From Eggerthellales bacterium (lineage in GTDB: Bacteria; Actinomycetota; Coriobacteriia; Coriobacteriales; Eggerthellaceae), in the NCBI GenBank assembly GCA_029225085.1, contig JAQXVU010000010.1, positions 23,816 through 87,815 of the forward strand: 64,000 nucleotides of DNA. Direction: 5' to 3'. Position 1 is the first letter of the stretch. Each line of letters opens with the position of its first letter. This document shows, in pieces, positions 10,095 to 19,530 of the stretch. The position numbers and the translations under genes are program-made. Under the pieces are notes generated by a model. It was not told where the DNA came from. It did not search any database and saw only the letters and a list, made by a program, of their open reading frames with translations.

Positions 10095-10185
10095 AAAATA
10101 CCGAGTATTTTGAGTGCCGAGCCAACTTCTCAGAATATTAAGTATTTTGTATACTGAGCAAAGATTGGAAAATATTAAGTATTTT
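10095..10185 (+). promoter_or_regulatory. three palindromic operator candidates (AAAATA-N5-TATTTT) spaced 37 bp, bracketing a putative hipBA promoter
   Basis: Operators at 10095-10111, 10132-10148 (left half AGAATA) and 10169-10185. TTCTCA (10127-32), 17-nt spacer, TATACT (10150-55) lies between them. Confidence 0.55.
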
Positions 10186-10197
10186 GAGTGAGGCGCC

Positions 10198-10434
10198 ATG
10201 TATACCAACGCATTCAGCTTCGAAGAGGTGGGGGCATTTCTGCAGGAGGCCCGTAGGGAACGAGGCATCACCCAGGTAGAGATGGCTGAGATTCTGGGCT
10301 TTTCGCCAGTGACCCTTTCCGCCCTCGAGACGGGAAAGAACGTCTCTGCTCAGAAAGTAGAGCGTTACCTGCAGATGTTGGGGTATCGCATGGTGATTGT
10401 GCCTAAGGGCGCGCAGGTAGAGGTGACGGAATGA
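10198..10434 (+). CDS. hipB: XRE-family HTH antitoxin (HipB-like)
   Basis: 78 aa with GITQVEMAEILGFSPVTLSALETGKN HTH. The stop overlaps the hipA start (ATGA). Confidence 0.8.
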   Translation: MYTNAFSFEEVGAFLQEARRERGITQVEMAEILGFSPVTLSALETGKNVSAQKVERYLQMLGYRMVIVPKGAQVEVTE

Positions 10435-11696
10435 GGACGCTGAACGTATACCTTCACGATGGGCTCGTGGGCCACATCTTCGAGAACCGCAAGGGCGGTC
10501 GTTTTCAGTACTTGGAGGAAGTTGTGGAAAGGCATACGGGCTTGCCCGTCCTCTCACTGTCCCTGCCCGCAAAGGTGAAGCCCTTCGGCGAGGGAAAGAC
10601 CTTCAGCTGGTTCACGGGACTTCTGCCCGAGGGGAGGCGCCGGGAGGATATCTGCCGCAGTCTGAATATCTCTCCCTATGACTGGATCGGCCTCCTTGGG
10701 GCGATTGGTTGGGAGTGCGCAGGAGCGGTGAAGGTGTGCCAAGAGGATGGCGAACCCATAGCGCCTGCTTCTTACAGGGTTCTTTCCCCCGATGAGCTGG
10801 GAAATCGCCTTTCCGATATCTCTTTGCGGCTTCCTCGGGAAACCAACGGACAGTTTCGTATGTCTCTGGGAGGGTTTCAGGAGAAGCTCTGCGTGGCGAT
10901 GCCGCCGCTTTCCGATGCGGGCTTTGTGGAAGGCGTCGAAGCGAGCCTTCCTGAAGGAGATGCTGCAAGCACCCATATCCTGAAGCCGGAAAATGCGAAG
11001 GATTACCCTGGTTCGGCAGAGTCAGAAGCGTGGGCTATGAGGGCGGCACGGAAAGCCGCTCGGTGTTCGAAGGTCGCCTTGCTTTCCTTGCCAGGAGTTC
11101 CTTCCACCCTTGTGGTGGAGCGATTCGATCGGAGGGGAGCGGGTTGGCCGGGAGATGTTCGGCGCTTGCACCAGGAAGACGCGTGTCAGGCTTTGGGCAT
11201 AGATTCTTCGGATAAATACGCGGATCCTCGGCAGGCGAAGGGAAGCGACCCCTCCTATAAGGCCATGGCCGAGTTATTGGTGAAGCATGCCGGGAATCCT
11301 TTGGCGGAGATGCAGGAACTCCTTCGGCAGATGACGGTGAACTTTGCTCTGGGAAATTGGGATGCCCATGGGAAGAACAGCGCGTTTCTGTACGAGAAGC
11401 CCATGGCTCCGACAATGGCGCCACTGTACGATGTGGTGCCCATTGCTGAGGTGGAGCCGCGAACGGAGCACCTTTCCCTTCGCATCGGTGGGTGCATTCT
11501 CCCCCGAGAGGTGGGAAGGAAGCAGGTTCTGGAGGAGGCTTGTGGCTGGGGCCTTTCCGCTTCCGTTGCTGAGGAGACCCTTGCTGTTTGCCTGAAAGAT
11601 CTGGAAGCAGGCATTCGGGAGGCATCTGAGGTGTATCCCGACGCAGGGAAAAGGCATGCGGAGCCCTCCCTTCGAAGGATGGATGCGCTGGCTTAG
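10431..11696 (+). CDS. hipA: HipA-family serine/threonine kinase toxin
   Basis: N-terminal HipA-coupling region (LNVYLHDGLVGHI...), SLGGFQEKL, and a catalytic-loop-like GNWDAHGKNSAF. 421 aa, comparable to E. coli HipA. Confidence 0.85.
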   Translation: MRTLNVYLHDGLVGHIFENRKGGRFQYLEEVVERHTGLPVLSLSLPAKVKPFGEGKTFSWFTGLLPEGRRREDICRSLNISPYDWIGLLGAIGWECAGAVKVCQEDGEPIAPASYRVLSPDELGNRLSDISLRLPRETNGQFRMSLGGFQEKLCVAMPPLSDAGFVEGVEASLPEGDAASTHILKPENAKDYPGSAESEAWAMRAARKAARCSKVALLSLPGVPSTLVVERFDRRGAGWPGDVRRLHQEDACQALGIDSSDKYADPRQAKGSDPSYKAMAELLVKHAGNPLAEMQELLRQMTVNFALGNWDAHGKNSAFLYEKPMAPTMAPLYDVVPIAEVEPRTEHLSLRIGGCILPREVGRKQVLEEACGWGLSASVAEETLAVCLKDLEAGIREASEVYPDAGKRHAEPSLRRMDALA

Positions 11697-11709
11697 CGGA
11701 AGCGCTCGC

Positions 11710-13020
11710 CTAGCAGGAAGCTTCGTCGTTTCCCCGCAGGCAAACAGGCTCTAAGGCGAAGAGCTCGTCGTGGCTGAGGCTGTGGCTTATGGTGATGGCG
11801 TGCTGCGGGCAGATGTCGGCGCAGAGCTCGCAGCCGGAGCAGTCGCAGCAGCGGAATTCGAGCAAGGGGTCGGCAGATTCAGGGGTGGGCAAGCCCATCT
11901 TGGGAGCCTGTTTGGGCTCGCCAACCAGGTGTAGGGCGCCAGTGGGACAGAACTTGGCGCAGATGCCGCAGTCGTTGCAGGCGTCGGAGATGGTCACCTT
12001 GCCGAAGTGATCGTATTCCACGGGTTCGGTGGAAGGGGCCGCGCTGGGCTGGTTGGCAGAGTCGGAGGGACCCGGCTCGTTGTCGGCGGGTTGGTTGCAA
12101 GGTTCGGCGGCTGCAGTGCCCCCGCTTTCTTCCAAAACGAAGAGATCGTTCAGCAGGGCCTCGTTGCGGTTGGTGGGGCGTTGAGGCATGGCACCATGGG
12201 CGAATCCCAGAATCTGGGCCAAGCTGGGCTTGCCTTCATCTTGGGGGAGGGCCTTGGCCAGGGCGTCTTTGGCGGAGGCCAGGGCCATGTTGGTGGCTAG
12301 CTGCTTCACTTCTTCGGCGATCTGGGAGAAGGCGTCGCGGCGATCGGGCTGCTGGGCCTCGGTAGCACGGTAGCGATTGGCGAAAACCCCTATGAGCTCG
12401 GGGTCGGAGACACGGTGCACGGGGACGTGCACGTCCCAGCACTGGGATAGGTGCCGGTAGATGGCCATAGTCTCCTGAATGGTCTCTTCGTTCTGGGCTA
12501 CCTGGCAATCCTTACAGCTGGCGCAGAGCAGCGTCATGCTGGCTGCTCCGGCAACGGCGCCGTGCAGGAGCTGGGCCTCGTCGAGCCGCACCAAGCAGGG
12601 GAGGGTCACCACGGTGACGTGCTGCCCGGAGGTGAGCTTGTGGCGTTTGGCCAGGGGCTCGCTGGGTAAGGGGGAGCCGGCCTGGCGCAGGGATTCTGCG
12701 CAGATGAACAGCAGCTGGTCGCCGGGGGCTATATGATCGATGGCGGCGCGGATGGCCTCATCGGCAAAGCCCACGGGTTCCGCCGCCTGGGTGGGGCAGA
12801 CCGCCGCGCAGGCACCGCAGCCGGTGCACAGGGTGTTGGCTACCGTGGGGATTCCGCCGGGGAAGGAGATGGCGCCCTGAGGGCACACGGATACGCAGGC
12901 AGCGCAGGTGCTTGCCTGATGCCTGGCCCTGACGCAGCTCTTGGCGTCGATGCGGCAGCGGGTGCCGAAGCCCCGTTCAACTGCCGATAGTGTGCTTTCC
13001 ATGGTTCCCATGGCTTCCAT
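11710..13020 (-). CDS. 4Fe-4S dicluster domain protein, two ferredoxin-like modules flanking an unassigned middle region
   Basis: N-terminal CAACVSVCP / CTGCGACAAVCP and C-terminal CNDCGICAKFCP / CSGCELCADICP. The start could be one of three ATGs within the first 7 codons. Confidence 0.7.
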   Translation of the reverse strand: MEAMGTMESTLSAVERGFGTRCRIDAKSCVRARHQASTCAACVSVCPQGAISFPGGIPTVANTLCTGCGACAAVCPTQAAEPVGFADEAIRAAIDHIAPGDQLLFICAESLRQAGSPLPSEPLAKRHKLTSGQHVTVVTLPCLVRLDEAQLLHGAVAGAASMTLLCASCKDCQVAQNEETIQETMAIYRHLSQCWDVHVPVHRVSDPELIGVFANRYRATEAQQPDRRDAFSQIAEEVKQLATNMALASAKDALAKALPQDEGKPSLAQILGFAHGAMPQRPTNRNEALLNDLFVLEESGGTAAAEPCNQPADNEPGPSDSANQPSAAPSTEPVEYDHFGKVTISDACNDCGICAKFCPTGALHLVGEPKQAPKMGLPTPESADPLLEFRCCDCSGCELCADICPQHAITISHSLSHDELFALEPVCLRGNDEASC

Positions 13021-13284
13021 TCTACCCCGAAGCGGCTACGGGAAATATCCTGAGGCAAGCAGAGGAAATGGCGATGTACTAGAATTACGCCCATGGCAAA
13101 GCTGAAGAGCAAAATAAAGATTCAACGTGATGTGAAGACCCCTTTAACGGGTCTTAGCTTTGCGTTCCTCTTCGTGGTCTCCTTCGTGTTCCTTTGCATG
13201 ATTCTCATTGTGATTCTTCGCTTCTTCGCGGGAGGCATCCTTGGCTAGCCTCCTGACACAGCGCCAGAGGGTGGTGCGGTAGCT

Positions 13285-14802
13285 ATGTGGCAACGCTTCA
13301 CCTTTTATGACTTCCGCATGATCTGCCATTACCTGGGCGTTCTGGTGAGCTTCAATGCGGCGGCCTTGGCCATACCCGCAATCACCGGCGTATTGCTGGG
13401 GGAATGGGAGCCCGCGTCCCGCTATTTCATGGCGGCGGGCGTCTCCCTGGTCATTGGCGCCATCATGCAGATGGCCCTGTATGAGCCCGGCGACCTGAAC
13501 TCCCAACAGGCCCTGGCGGTCACCGCCTTCTCCTGGATAGTCCTGGCAATCATCGGCGCCATCCCCCTGTTCTTCTCCGGGCACTTCGGCTCCTACCTCG
13601 ATGCCCTCTTCGAGGCAGTCAGCGGCTGGACAGTGACCGGCGCCTCGGTAATATCGGACCTGAACCACCTGTCCTATGCGGATAACATGTGGCGCTTCTC
13701 TATGCATCTCTTCGGCGGCATGGGCTTGGTTGTCATAGCCCTGTCTCTGGGCATGCTGGGCAGGGGCTCTAGCGGCGGCCTGTATTCGTTGGAAGGCCAC
13801 ACGGAGCGCGTTGTCCCCAACGTGGTGAAGACCACACGGCTCATCGCTTCCATCTCCCTGATCTTCATCGGCGTTTTCGGCGTGCTGCTGACCATCATGT
13901 GCCTGCTGTCGGGCATGGAGCCTCTGCGCTCGGCGCTCCACGGTTTCTGGATAGCCATCTCCGGCTTCATGACTGCGGGCTTCACCCCCACCGATTCCAA
14001 CATCTACTACTACCATTCCTTCGTCATGGAGCTTTTGATCATGGTGGTCATGCTCATGGGCGGCATCAACTTCTCCCTGTATGTAGAGCTGTGGAAGGGC
14101 CGCTTCTTCTCTTTCTGGAAGGATACGGAGCTGCGCACCATGGCGCTGTGGCTGCTGATCTTGGTAGCGGTGTTCACGCTGTCCCTGACGTCATCGGAAC
14201 TTTTCGACGGCGCCACGGAGATGGCGCGACGAGGACTGTTCATGGTCTTCTCTGCAGCAAGTACCGCGGGCTTTGCCACCGTGACCCAGAACCAGATGGT
14301 TACCGTGTTCTCGTCTGGTGCCGTATTGGTGCTGGCGGCGGCCATGGCAGTGGGCCTGTCCTGCGGCTCAACGGCGGGCGGCATTAAGATCGGCCGCATT
14401 TCCACCATCTTCAAGTCGATCATGGCGACGGTGAAGCAGGCGGCTTCCCCAGACTCTATGAAGATCGTCTCCGTGTATCACCACCTGGGTCGCCGCGTGG
14501 TAGACGAGGGCATGGTGAAGGCGGCTATGACCATTTTCGCCCTGTTCATCATGACCTATGCCTTGGGAACCCTGGCGGGCATCGCCCATGGCTACGATGC
14601 GGTGAGCGCCATCTTCGACGCTATCTCTATGGCCTCTAACGGCGGTCTGTCCTCGGGCATCATCTCTGCTGATATGCCCGCCACGCTGGAATTGGTGTAC
14701 ATCGTCGAGATGCTGGCTGGCCGTATCGAATTCGTGGCCCTGATCGCCCTGCTCATTAAGATCGTGGTCTCGGTGGTTCCTCGTCCGAAGGAGGAGGCGT
14801 AG
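13285..14802 (+). CDS. trkH: TrkH/KtrB-family potassium (cation) transporter
   Basis: Polytopic protein with repeated pore-loop-like motifs (SGWTVTGAS, MTAGFTPTD, STAGFATV, SNGGLSSG) typical of the TrkH family. Confidence 0.8.
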   Translation: MWQRFTFYDFRMICHYLGVLVSFNAAALAIPAITGVLLGEWEPASRYFMAAGVSLVIGAIMQMALYEPGDLNSQQALAVTAFSWIVLAIIGAIPLFFSGHFGSYLDALFEAVSGWTVTGASVISDLNHLSYADNMWRFSMHLFGGMGLVVIALSLGMLGRGSSGGLYSLEGHTERVVPNVVKTTRLIASISLIFIGVFGVLLTIMCLLSGMEPLRSALHGFWIAISGFMTAGFTPTDSNIYYYHSFVMELLIMVVMLMGGINFSLYVELWKGRFFSFWKDTELRTMALWLLILVAVFTLSLTSSELFDGATEMARRGLFMVFSAASTAGFATVTQNQMVTVFSSGAVLVLAAAMAVGLSCGSTAGGIKIGRISTIFKSIMATVKQAASPDSMKIVSVYHHLGRRVVDEGMVKAAMTIFALFIMTYALGTLAGIAHGYDAVSAIFDAISMASNGGLSSGIISADMPATLELVYIVEMLAGRIEFVALIALLIKIVVSVVPRPKEEA

Positions 14803-14803
14803 C

Positions 14804-15595
14804 ATGAGGCGTTTCGCTCGCTTTTCAGTGAGGACCGGGCTGGGCAAGTTGGAAGCAAAAGCTGGTCTGGGTAAGTCTCGGGTGCTGGTCGGGCTAGGCG
14901 AGTCCGAAGCTAGGGGCGCCCGAGGCAAGTCCGAAGCTGCAACGAGCGTTGCGGGTTCGGGCGTTCGCGGCGTTGCTCTGGCGGCGCTGCTGATCCTTGC
15001 GCTGGTTGCGGGGGCAAGCGGTCTTGCGTGGGCTCCCGTTGCGCTGGCTGATCCCAGCACCAACGCCCAGGGTCAGGTAGATACCGAGAATCAGGAGACC
15101 CCCGATTCCAATACGGTGAATCCTCAGCAGCTGCCGGACAGCTCCTTCATCTACGACACGGACATCTACGCCCTGAACACCTCCGACACCTACTTCGACA
15201 ATCAGACCGTGCAGGTTACCGGTGAGGTGGTGGGCGACTGCATCCGCGGTGAAGCTGCTTCCGGAAAATGCTGGCTCACCATCTCTGCCCTTCCTGAGGC
15301 TACCCCTGCCACGTTGCAGCTGTACGTGAGCACCATCGATGCCGACAAGGTAGATACCTACGGTCGCTATGGACAGACGGGAACCACGGTGACGGTGAAG
15401 GGCACCTTCCATCTGGTGTGTTCCGAGCACGATGGCCTGTCGGACATGCATGTGGATACCTTCACGGTGACTGAACCCGGTTCCGTGTCGCGGGATAACT
15501 TTACCCTGCAGATGTTCTTGCCGGGAATCGTCTTGCTGCTGCTGGGTGCAGGTCTGCTGCTGTACTATCGCTACGTTCGCGATCGAATGCGCTGA
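14804..15595 (+). CDS. hypothetical bitopic surface protein (signal/anchor, beta-rich domain, C-terminal TM)
   Basis: RBS GGAGGAGG lies 6 nt before ATG 14804, 1 nt after the trkH stop. Has a GLGKxEA-type N-terminal repeat, a hydrophobic segment ending AWA, and C-terminal TM IVLLLLGAGLLLYY. No family recognised. Confidence 0.55.
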   Translation: MRRFARFSVRTGLGKLEAKAGLGKSRVLVGLGESEARGARGKSEAATSVAGSGVRGVALAALLILALVAGASGLAWAPVALADPSTNAQGQVDTENQETPDSNTVNPQQLPDSSFIYDTDIYALNTSDTYFDNQTVQVTGEVVGDCIRGEAASGKCWLTISALPEATPATLQLYVSTIDADKVDTYGRYGQTGTTVTVKGTFHLVCSEHDGLSDMHVDTFTVTEPGSVSRDNFTLQMFLPGIVLLLLGAGLLLYYRYVRDRMR

Positions 15596-15640
15596 TGTTC
15601 GCGCTTATGATCGTATGCGCTGATAATCGCATGCGCTAAC
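15575..15640. repeat. 2.5 tandem copies of the last codons plus stop of the upstream gene
   Basis: GTTCGCGATCGAATGCGCTGAT / GTTCGCGCTTATGATCGTATGCGCTGAT / AATCGCATGCGCTAAC. Confidence 0.7.
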
Positions 15641-15662
15641 AGGGAAAGGGGTTTATCTCACC

Positions 15663-16673
15663 ATGCTCGGTCAGATCGTGAAGCTTGACAGGGGATTCCC
15701 TCTGGTCCGTCTCGAAGACGGCTCCTTCGTGCGTTGCAAGCATGCCGTCGATCTGGTGAAGCATGGGGATTCCCGAGGCGTTATCGGCGATTGGGTAGAG
15801 CTTCTTATGGAAGACGGCCTTGATAACGACCTGGATAACGCTCAGATCCTGCGCATCCTTCCTCGCAAGCAGGTTCTCATTCGCAAGGATCCCGCCGATC
15901 GCACCCAGCCTCAGATCCTTGCTGCCAATTTCGATCTGATCATCGTGACTCAGCCGTTGGCGGAGCTGAACGTGTCTCGCCTCGAGCGTGAGCTGGTGTT
16001 GGCCTACGAGACGGGAGCCCAGGTGGCGGTGGTGCTCACCAAGGCGGACCTGGCTGAGAGCGAGGGTCAGATTCAGCAGGTGCGGGATTCCGTGGCCGAT
16101 ATGGTGGGGGACATTCCTGTGCTGGTGGTTTCTGCCGACGATCGGGAAAGCGTCGCTCAGGTTTCCCAGCTCATCGGTGACAGGATGGCGGTGCTCTTGG
16201 GCCGCAGCGGCGTGGGCAAGAGCAGCCTCATCAACGTGCTGGTGGGCCAAGACGTTCAGGAGACCACCCCCGTGCGCGAAGGTGACGGCAAGGGTCGCCA
16301 CACCACGGTGAGCAGGGAGATGGTATTCCTGCCTCAAGGCGGGTGTGTTATCGACATGCCCGGTATTCGCGGCGTGGGTCTGTGGGATGCCACCGACGGC
16401 ATTAACGCCGCCTTCGCCGATGTGGTGCAGCTTGCCCAGAGCTGTCGCTTCGACGACTGTCGTCATGAGGCGGAGCCTGGCTGCGCGGTTCGCGAAGCGG
16501 TGGAAGACGGCTCTCTTTCCCCCCGTCGCCTTGAAGCCTATAAGCGCCTGCGGGATGAGAATCAGGCGAATCTGGATGCTCGGGAGGTCGCCCAGCGCAC
16601 CAAGGAGCGCCGTGGCCATCCCCGTACCCGAGGTCAGGGCTCTCGAGGCAAGCGCGTGCGTCCTCGTAAGTAG
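15663..16673 (+). CDS. rsgA: ribosome small-subunit-dependent GTPase RsgA (YjeQ)
   Basis: OB-fold N-terminus, circularly permuted GTPase (LTKADL ... GRSGVGKSSLIN ... GRHTT), and C-terminal zinc knuckle CRFDDCRHEAEPGC. Confidence 0.93.
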   Translation: MLGQIVKLDRGFPLVRLEDGSFVRCKHAVDLVKHGDSRGVIGDWVELLMEDGLDNDLDNAQILRILPRKQVLIRKDPADRTQPQILAANFDLIIVTQPLAELNVSRLERELVLAYETGAQVAVVLTKADLAESEGQIQQVRDSVADMVGDIPVLVVSADDRESVAQVSQLIGDRMAVLLGRSGVGKSSLINVLVGQDVQETTPVREGDGKGRHTTVSREMVFLPQGGCVIDMPGIRGVGLWDATDGINAAFADVVQLAQSCRFDDCRHEAEPGCAVREAVEDGSLSPRRLEAYKRLRDENQANLDAREVAQRTKERRGHPRTRGQGSRGKRVRPRK

Positions 16674-16708
16674 CGGGTGACTTGCACGTTTTGTCGGCGG
16701 AGTCTGTT

Positions 16709-16767
16709 ACGTTGGCGGCGCTTCAGTTGGCCGTGGCTGCTGCGTTGGCGGCGCTTCAGCCGGCCGT
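16709..16767. repeat. 33-bp period direct repeat x2
   Basis: CGTTGGCGGCGCTTCAG(TT/CC)GGCCGTG at 16709-16734 and 16742-16767. Confidence 0.8.
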
Positions 16768-17012
16768 GACCGACGGGCTGGTTGACGCTTCGGTGCGCCT
16801 TGGTTCATGGAGAATGGGATATTCACCAGTTCCTGAGTATTTGCGTAACCCCTTCCATACGTATAAAGTTAGGGGCGATTTCGAAGAGAAAAGACTCATC
16901 TGAGGCGCGATGCCCGCAAGCTCTTTGGCTCGGTTGGCGACACACTGTCGGCAGGCTCGAAGTTCTTGCTCGCGGCAATGCGTCGGCAGTTTTTACGTGA
17001 AGGCAGGTCCGT

Positions 17013-18302
17013 ATGAATCCCGTAGTTATCATCCCGACTATCTACGCTTCTAAGCGCGCCAGCCACAACGACAATCCTTGCGCCGTGTACGACCATCCTT
17101 CCCAGGTGGGACACGCAGACGAGCTTCGTCGTTGCCTGCAGTCCCTTCGCTACGTCAGGGACCTGGGCCGCATCATGATTGTGGTGGGCGGCGATCAGAG
17201 CTGCATCCACGAGGCCGCCGCTACGGTAGAGCAGGTGGCCAACGAGTTCTATGACCTGGATATCCTGGTTATCAGCGAGCCCGAGAACCGCCTGGTGCAT
17301 CAGCGCCTGACCCAGCTGGGCGTTCCCGACGTCACCTTCGAAATCGGTCTGGAAGGATACTCCGCCATCCGCAACCTGGGCTTGGTGGCCGCAAGCGTGC
17401 TTGGCCACGATGCCGTGGTGTTCCTTGATGACGATGAGGTGGTAGACGAGCCTGACTTCCTATACACCGCTATGTACGGTCTGGGCAAGCTCACCCGCCG
17501 CGGCGTCCCCATTCTGGCTAAGACCGGCTACTACTACAACGCCGATGGCACCTATCTGTCTATGAGCCAGGCCAAGTGGTACAACAAGCATTGGCAGCAG
17601 GGCAAATCCTTCAACGCCTGGATAGAGCGAGCCATGCGAGGCGCCCGCCTTTCTAGCTCTAACCATGTATGCGGCGGTTGCTTGGCCCTTCACCTCGAAG
17701 CTTTCAAGCGCTTGGCCTTCGACCCCTGGATCCCTCGCGGCGAGGACCTCGATTACATGCTGTCTCTGCGCATGTACGGTTCGAACATCTGGTTCGACAA
17801 CCGCTGGTCCCTGCGCCATCTGCCTCCCGCCACCGCTGATGAGGGCAAGCGCTTCCTGCAGGACATCTATCGCTGGCTCTATGAGTTCCGCAAGTTGGAG
17901 TTCAGCCGCACCCAGATCGATCTGCTGCAGATTCCGCCTTCCTCCCTGGAGCCCTATCCTGGCCCCTTCCTGAAGCCAGGCCTTACCAAGCGCATTAAGA
18001 AGACGGCCTTCCGTCGCTCCCTGACCCGCCCTAACAAGAGCAGCTATCGCAAGGCCGCCAAGGCCGCTACCAACGAGGCCACGGTGTATGCCGAGGAGAA
18101 CTGCTCGAAGTACTTCGAGTTCCAGTTTGTGTGGCCTGAGCTCATGAGCAGGGTCATGGGGGACCGCATCCTCTCCACCGCGCTTCTGCAATCCGTAGAG
18201 CTCCGTCGCAGGCACTTGGGCATCGACCAGCAGCCTGCCGAGCAGCAGCCTTTCATCGACCCGGGCAAGACTGGGGAGATCCGTCTGAACTTGGCGGATT
18301 AG
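17013..18302 (+). CDS. GT-A fold (family 2-like) glycosyltransferase-like protein with long basic C-terminal region
   Basis: N-terminal VVIIPT, DxD-like FLDDDEV, GGCLALH..., and PRGEDLDYMLSLRMYG, resembling GT2 motifs. RBS GAAGGCAGG. Confidence 0.5.
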   Translation: MNPVVIIPTIYASKRASHNDNPCAVYDHPSQVGHADELRRCLQSLRYVRDLGRIMIVVGGDQSCIHEAAATVEQVANEFYDLDILVISEPENRLVHQRLTQLGVPDVTFEIGLEGYSAIRNLGLVAASVLGHDAVVFLDDDEVVDEPDFLYTAMYGLGKLTRRGVPILAKTGYYYNADGTYLSMSQAKWYNKHWQQGKSFNAWIERAMRGARLSSSNHVCGGCLALHLEAFKRLAFDPWIPRGEDLDYMLSLRMYGSNIWFDNRWSLRHLPPATADEGKRFLQDIYRWLYEFRKLEFSRTQIDLLQIPPSSLEPYPGPFLKPGLTKRIKKTAFRRSLTRPNKSSYRKAAKAATNEATVYAEENCSKYFEFQFVWPELMSRVMGDRILSTALLQSVELRRRHLGIDQQPAEQQPFIDPGKTGEIRLNLAD

Positions 18303-18303
18303 A

Positions 18304-18405
18304 ATCCCTACGGGAAACAATTCGCATATACCCCTGCGGGAAGCAGTTCACGAGGATCCCCCTAGGGGCGATTCGCGTGAGTCCCTACAGGGAGTAGTAC
18401 GTAGG
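18304..18405. repeat. four ~24-27 bp tandem units, each with a CCC(N2-4)GGG mini-palindrome
   Basis: ATCCCTACGGGAAACAATTCGC / ACCCCTGCGGGAAGCAGTTCAC / ATCCCCCTAGGGGCGATTCGCG / GTCCCTACAGGGAGTAGTACG. Confidence 0.7.
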
Positions 18406-18425
18406 CTGTGAGGAGCTAGTCTTTC

Positions 18426-19394
18426 ATGGAATTCATTACGGGGTCCGTCATCGTGGGCCTGATTGTCGCCGCGATTGTAGGCGTAGGTATCGGTGTGCTC
18501 TCGGGCATGCTCGGCGTAGGCGGAGGCACCATCATGGTTCCCGCCTTCCGCTTGGGCTTCGGTTTGCCAGCAATTGGCGCGACGGCCACCTCGCTGTTCT
18601 CGATTGTGTTCATCTCTATCTCCGGATGCATCACCCACATTCGCAACAAGACCTGCATCATCCCGGTGGGCGTGGGTGCGGGCATCGCAGGTGCCCTTGC
18701 CTCCCCGGTAGGCGTGTACCTGGCCTCTATCTCGCCGGCGTGGGCCATCATGTTGGCCGCAGGTCTGGTCATCGCCTATTCTTCCTACACCATGTTCAAG
18801 AAGGCCATCGCCCTTCCCAGCAAGAAGCAGCGTGAGGCTGCGGCGGCGGAAGCAGCAGCCAAGGCCGAAGCGGAAGCGGCAGCCAAGGCCGAGGGCTCCG
18901 AGGCCTCGCAGGTTGCGGCTGCCTCTGATCAGGCAGAGGGCATCGGCGCATCTGGCGATAAGGCAGCTGCCGGTGCTTCTAAGGTGTCCGTGAAAGAGGT
19001 GGAAGCATCCCGGGACTCCTTCCGCAAGGATCGTCTGTGGCTGTGCCTGCCCATTGGCTTGCTGGCAGGCGTGTGCTCTGGCTACGTGGGCGTTGGTGGC
19101 GGCTTCATCATGGTGCCCATGTTCCTGGCGTTTTTGGCGGTGCCCATGCGCTACGCATCGGGTACGTCTCTGCTGGCCATTCTCATTCTGGCCATCCCTG
19201 GCGTAATCACCCAGATGGCTCTGGGCAATGTCGATTACCTGGTGAGCATCGCAACCATTATCGGCGCTGTTCCCGGTGCTGTTTTGGGCGCCAACCTGTC
19301 GAAGCGCGTGCCTGAGCGCACCTTGCGATTCATGTTCGCTACGTTGCTTCTGATTTGCGCCGTTGTTCTCGTGGTGAACGAGATGGTGCTGTAG
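18426..19394 (+). CDS. TSUP (TauE/SafE) family anion permease with Ala/Glu-rich central insert
   Basis: GMLGVGGGTIMVPA in the first half and GYVGVGGGFIMVPM in the second half. A low-complexity linker EAAAAEAAAKAEAEAAAKAE separates them. Confidence 0.8.
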   Translation: MEFITGSVIVGLIVAAIVGVGIGVLSGMLGVGGGTIMVPAFRLGFGLPAIGATATSLFSIVFISISGCITHIRNKTCIIPVGVGAGIAGALASPVGVYLASISPAWAIMLAAGLVIAYSSYTMFKKAIALPSKKQREAAAAEAAAKAEAEAAAKAEGSEASQVAAASDQAEGIGASGDKAAAGASKVSVKEVEASRDSFRKDRLWLCLPIGLLAGVCSGYVGVGGGFIMVPMFLAFLAVPMRYASGTSLLAILILAIPGVITQMALGNVDYLVSIATIIGAVPGAVLGANLSKRVPERTLRFMFATLLLICAVVLVVNEMVL

Positions 19395-19530
19395 TCGTAT
19401 AATGACGCCACCTGAAAGTGTGGCTTCGCAGAGACCGCGAGGCCCCGAGGAACTGTAGGCGGCCAGTTGGTTGTGGGGCTCTGGGAATCCGGGCCCGCAG
19501 CGAATGTGCGGCCCCGAGGAAAGGCTCCTT

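Noticed and set aside
13021-13284. Possible c-di-AMP (ydaO/kimA-type) riboswitch upstream of trkH
   Set aside because: None of the conserved ydaO segments I know are present. Only two short generic hairpins were seen.
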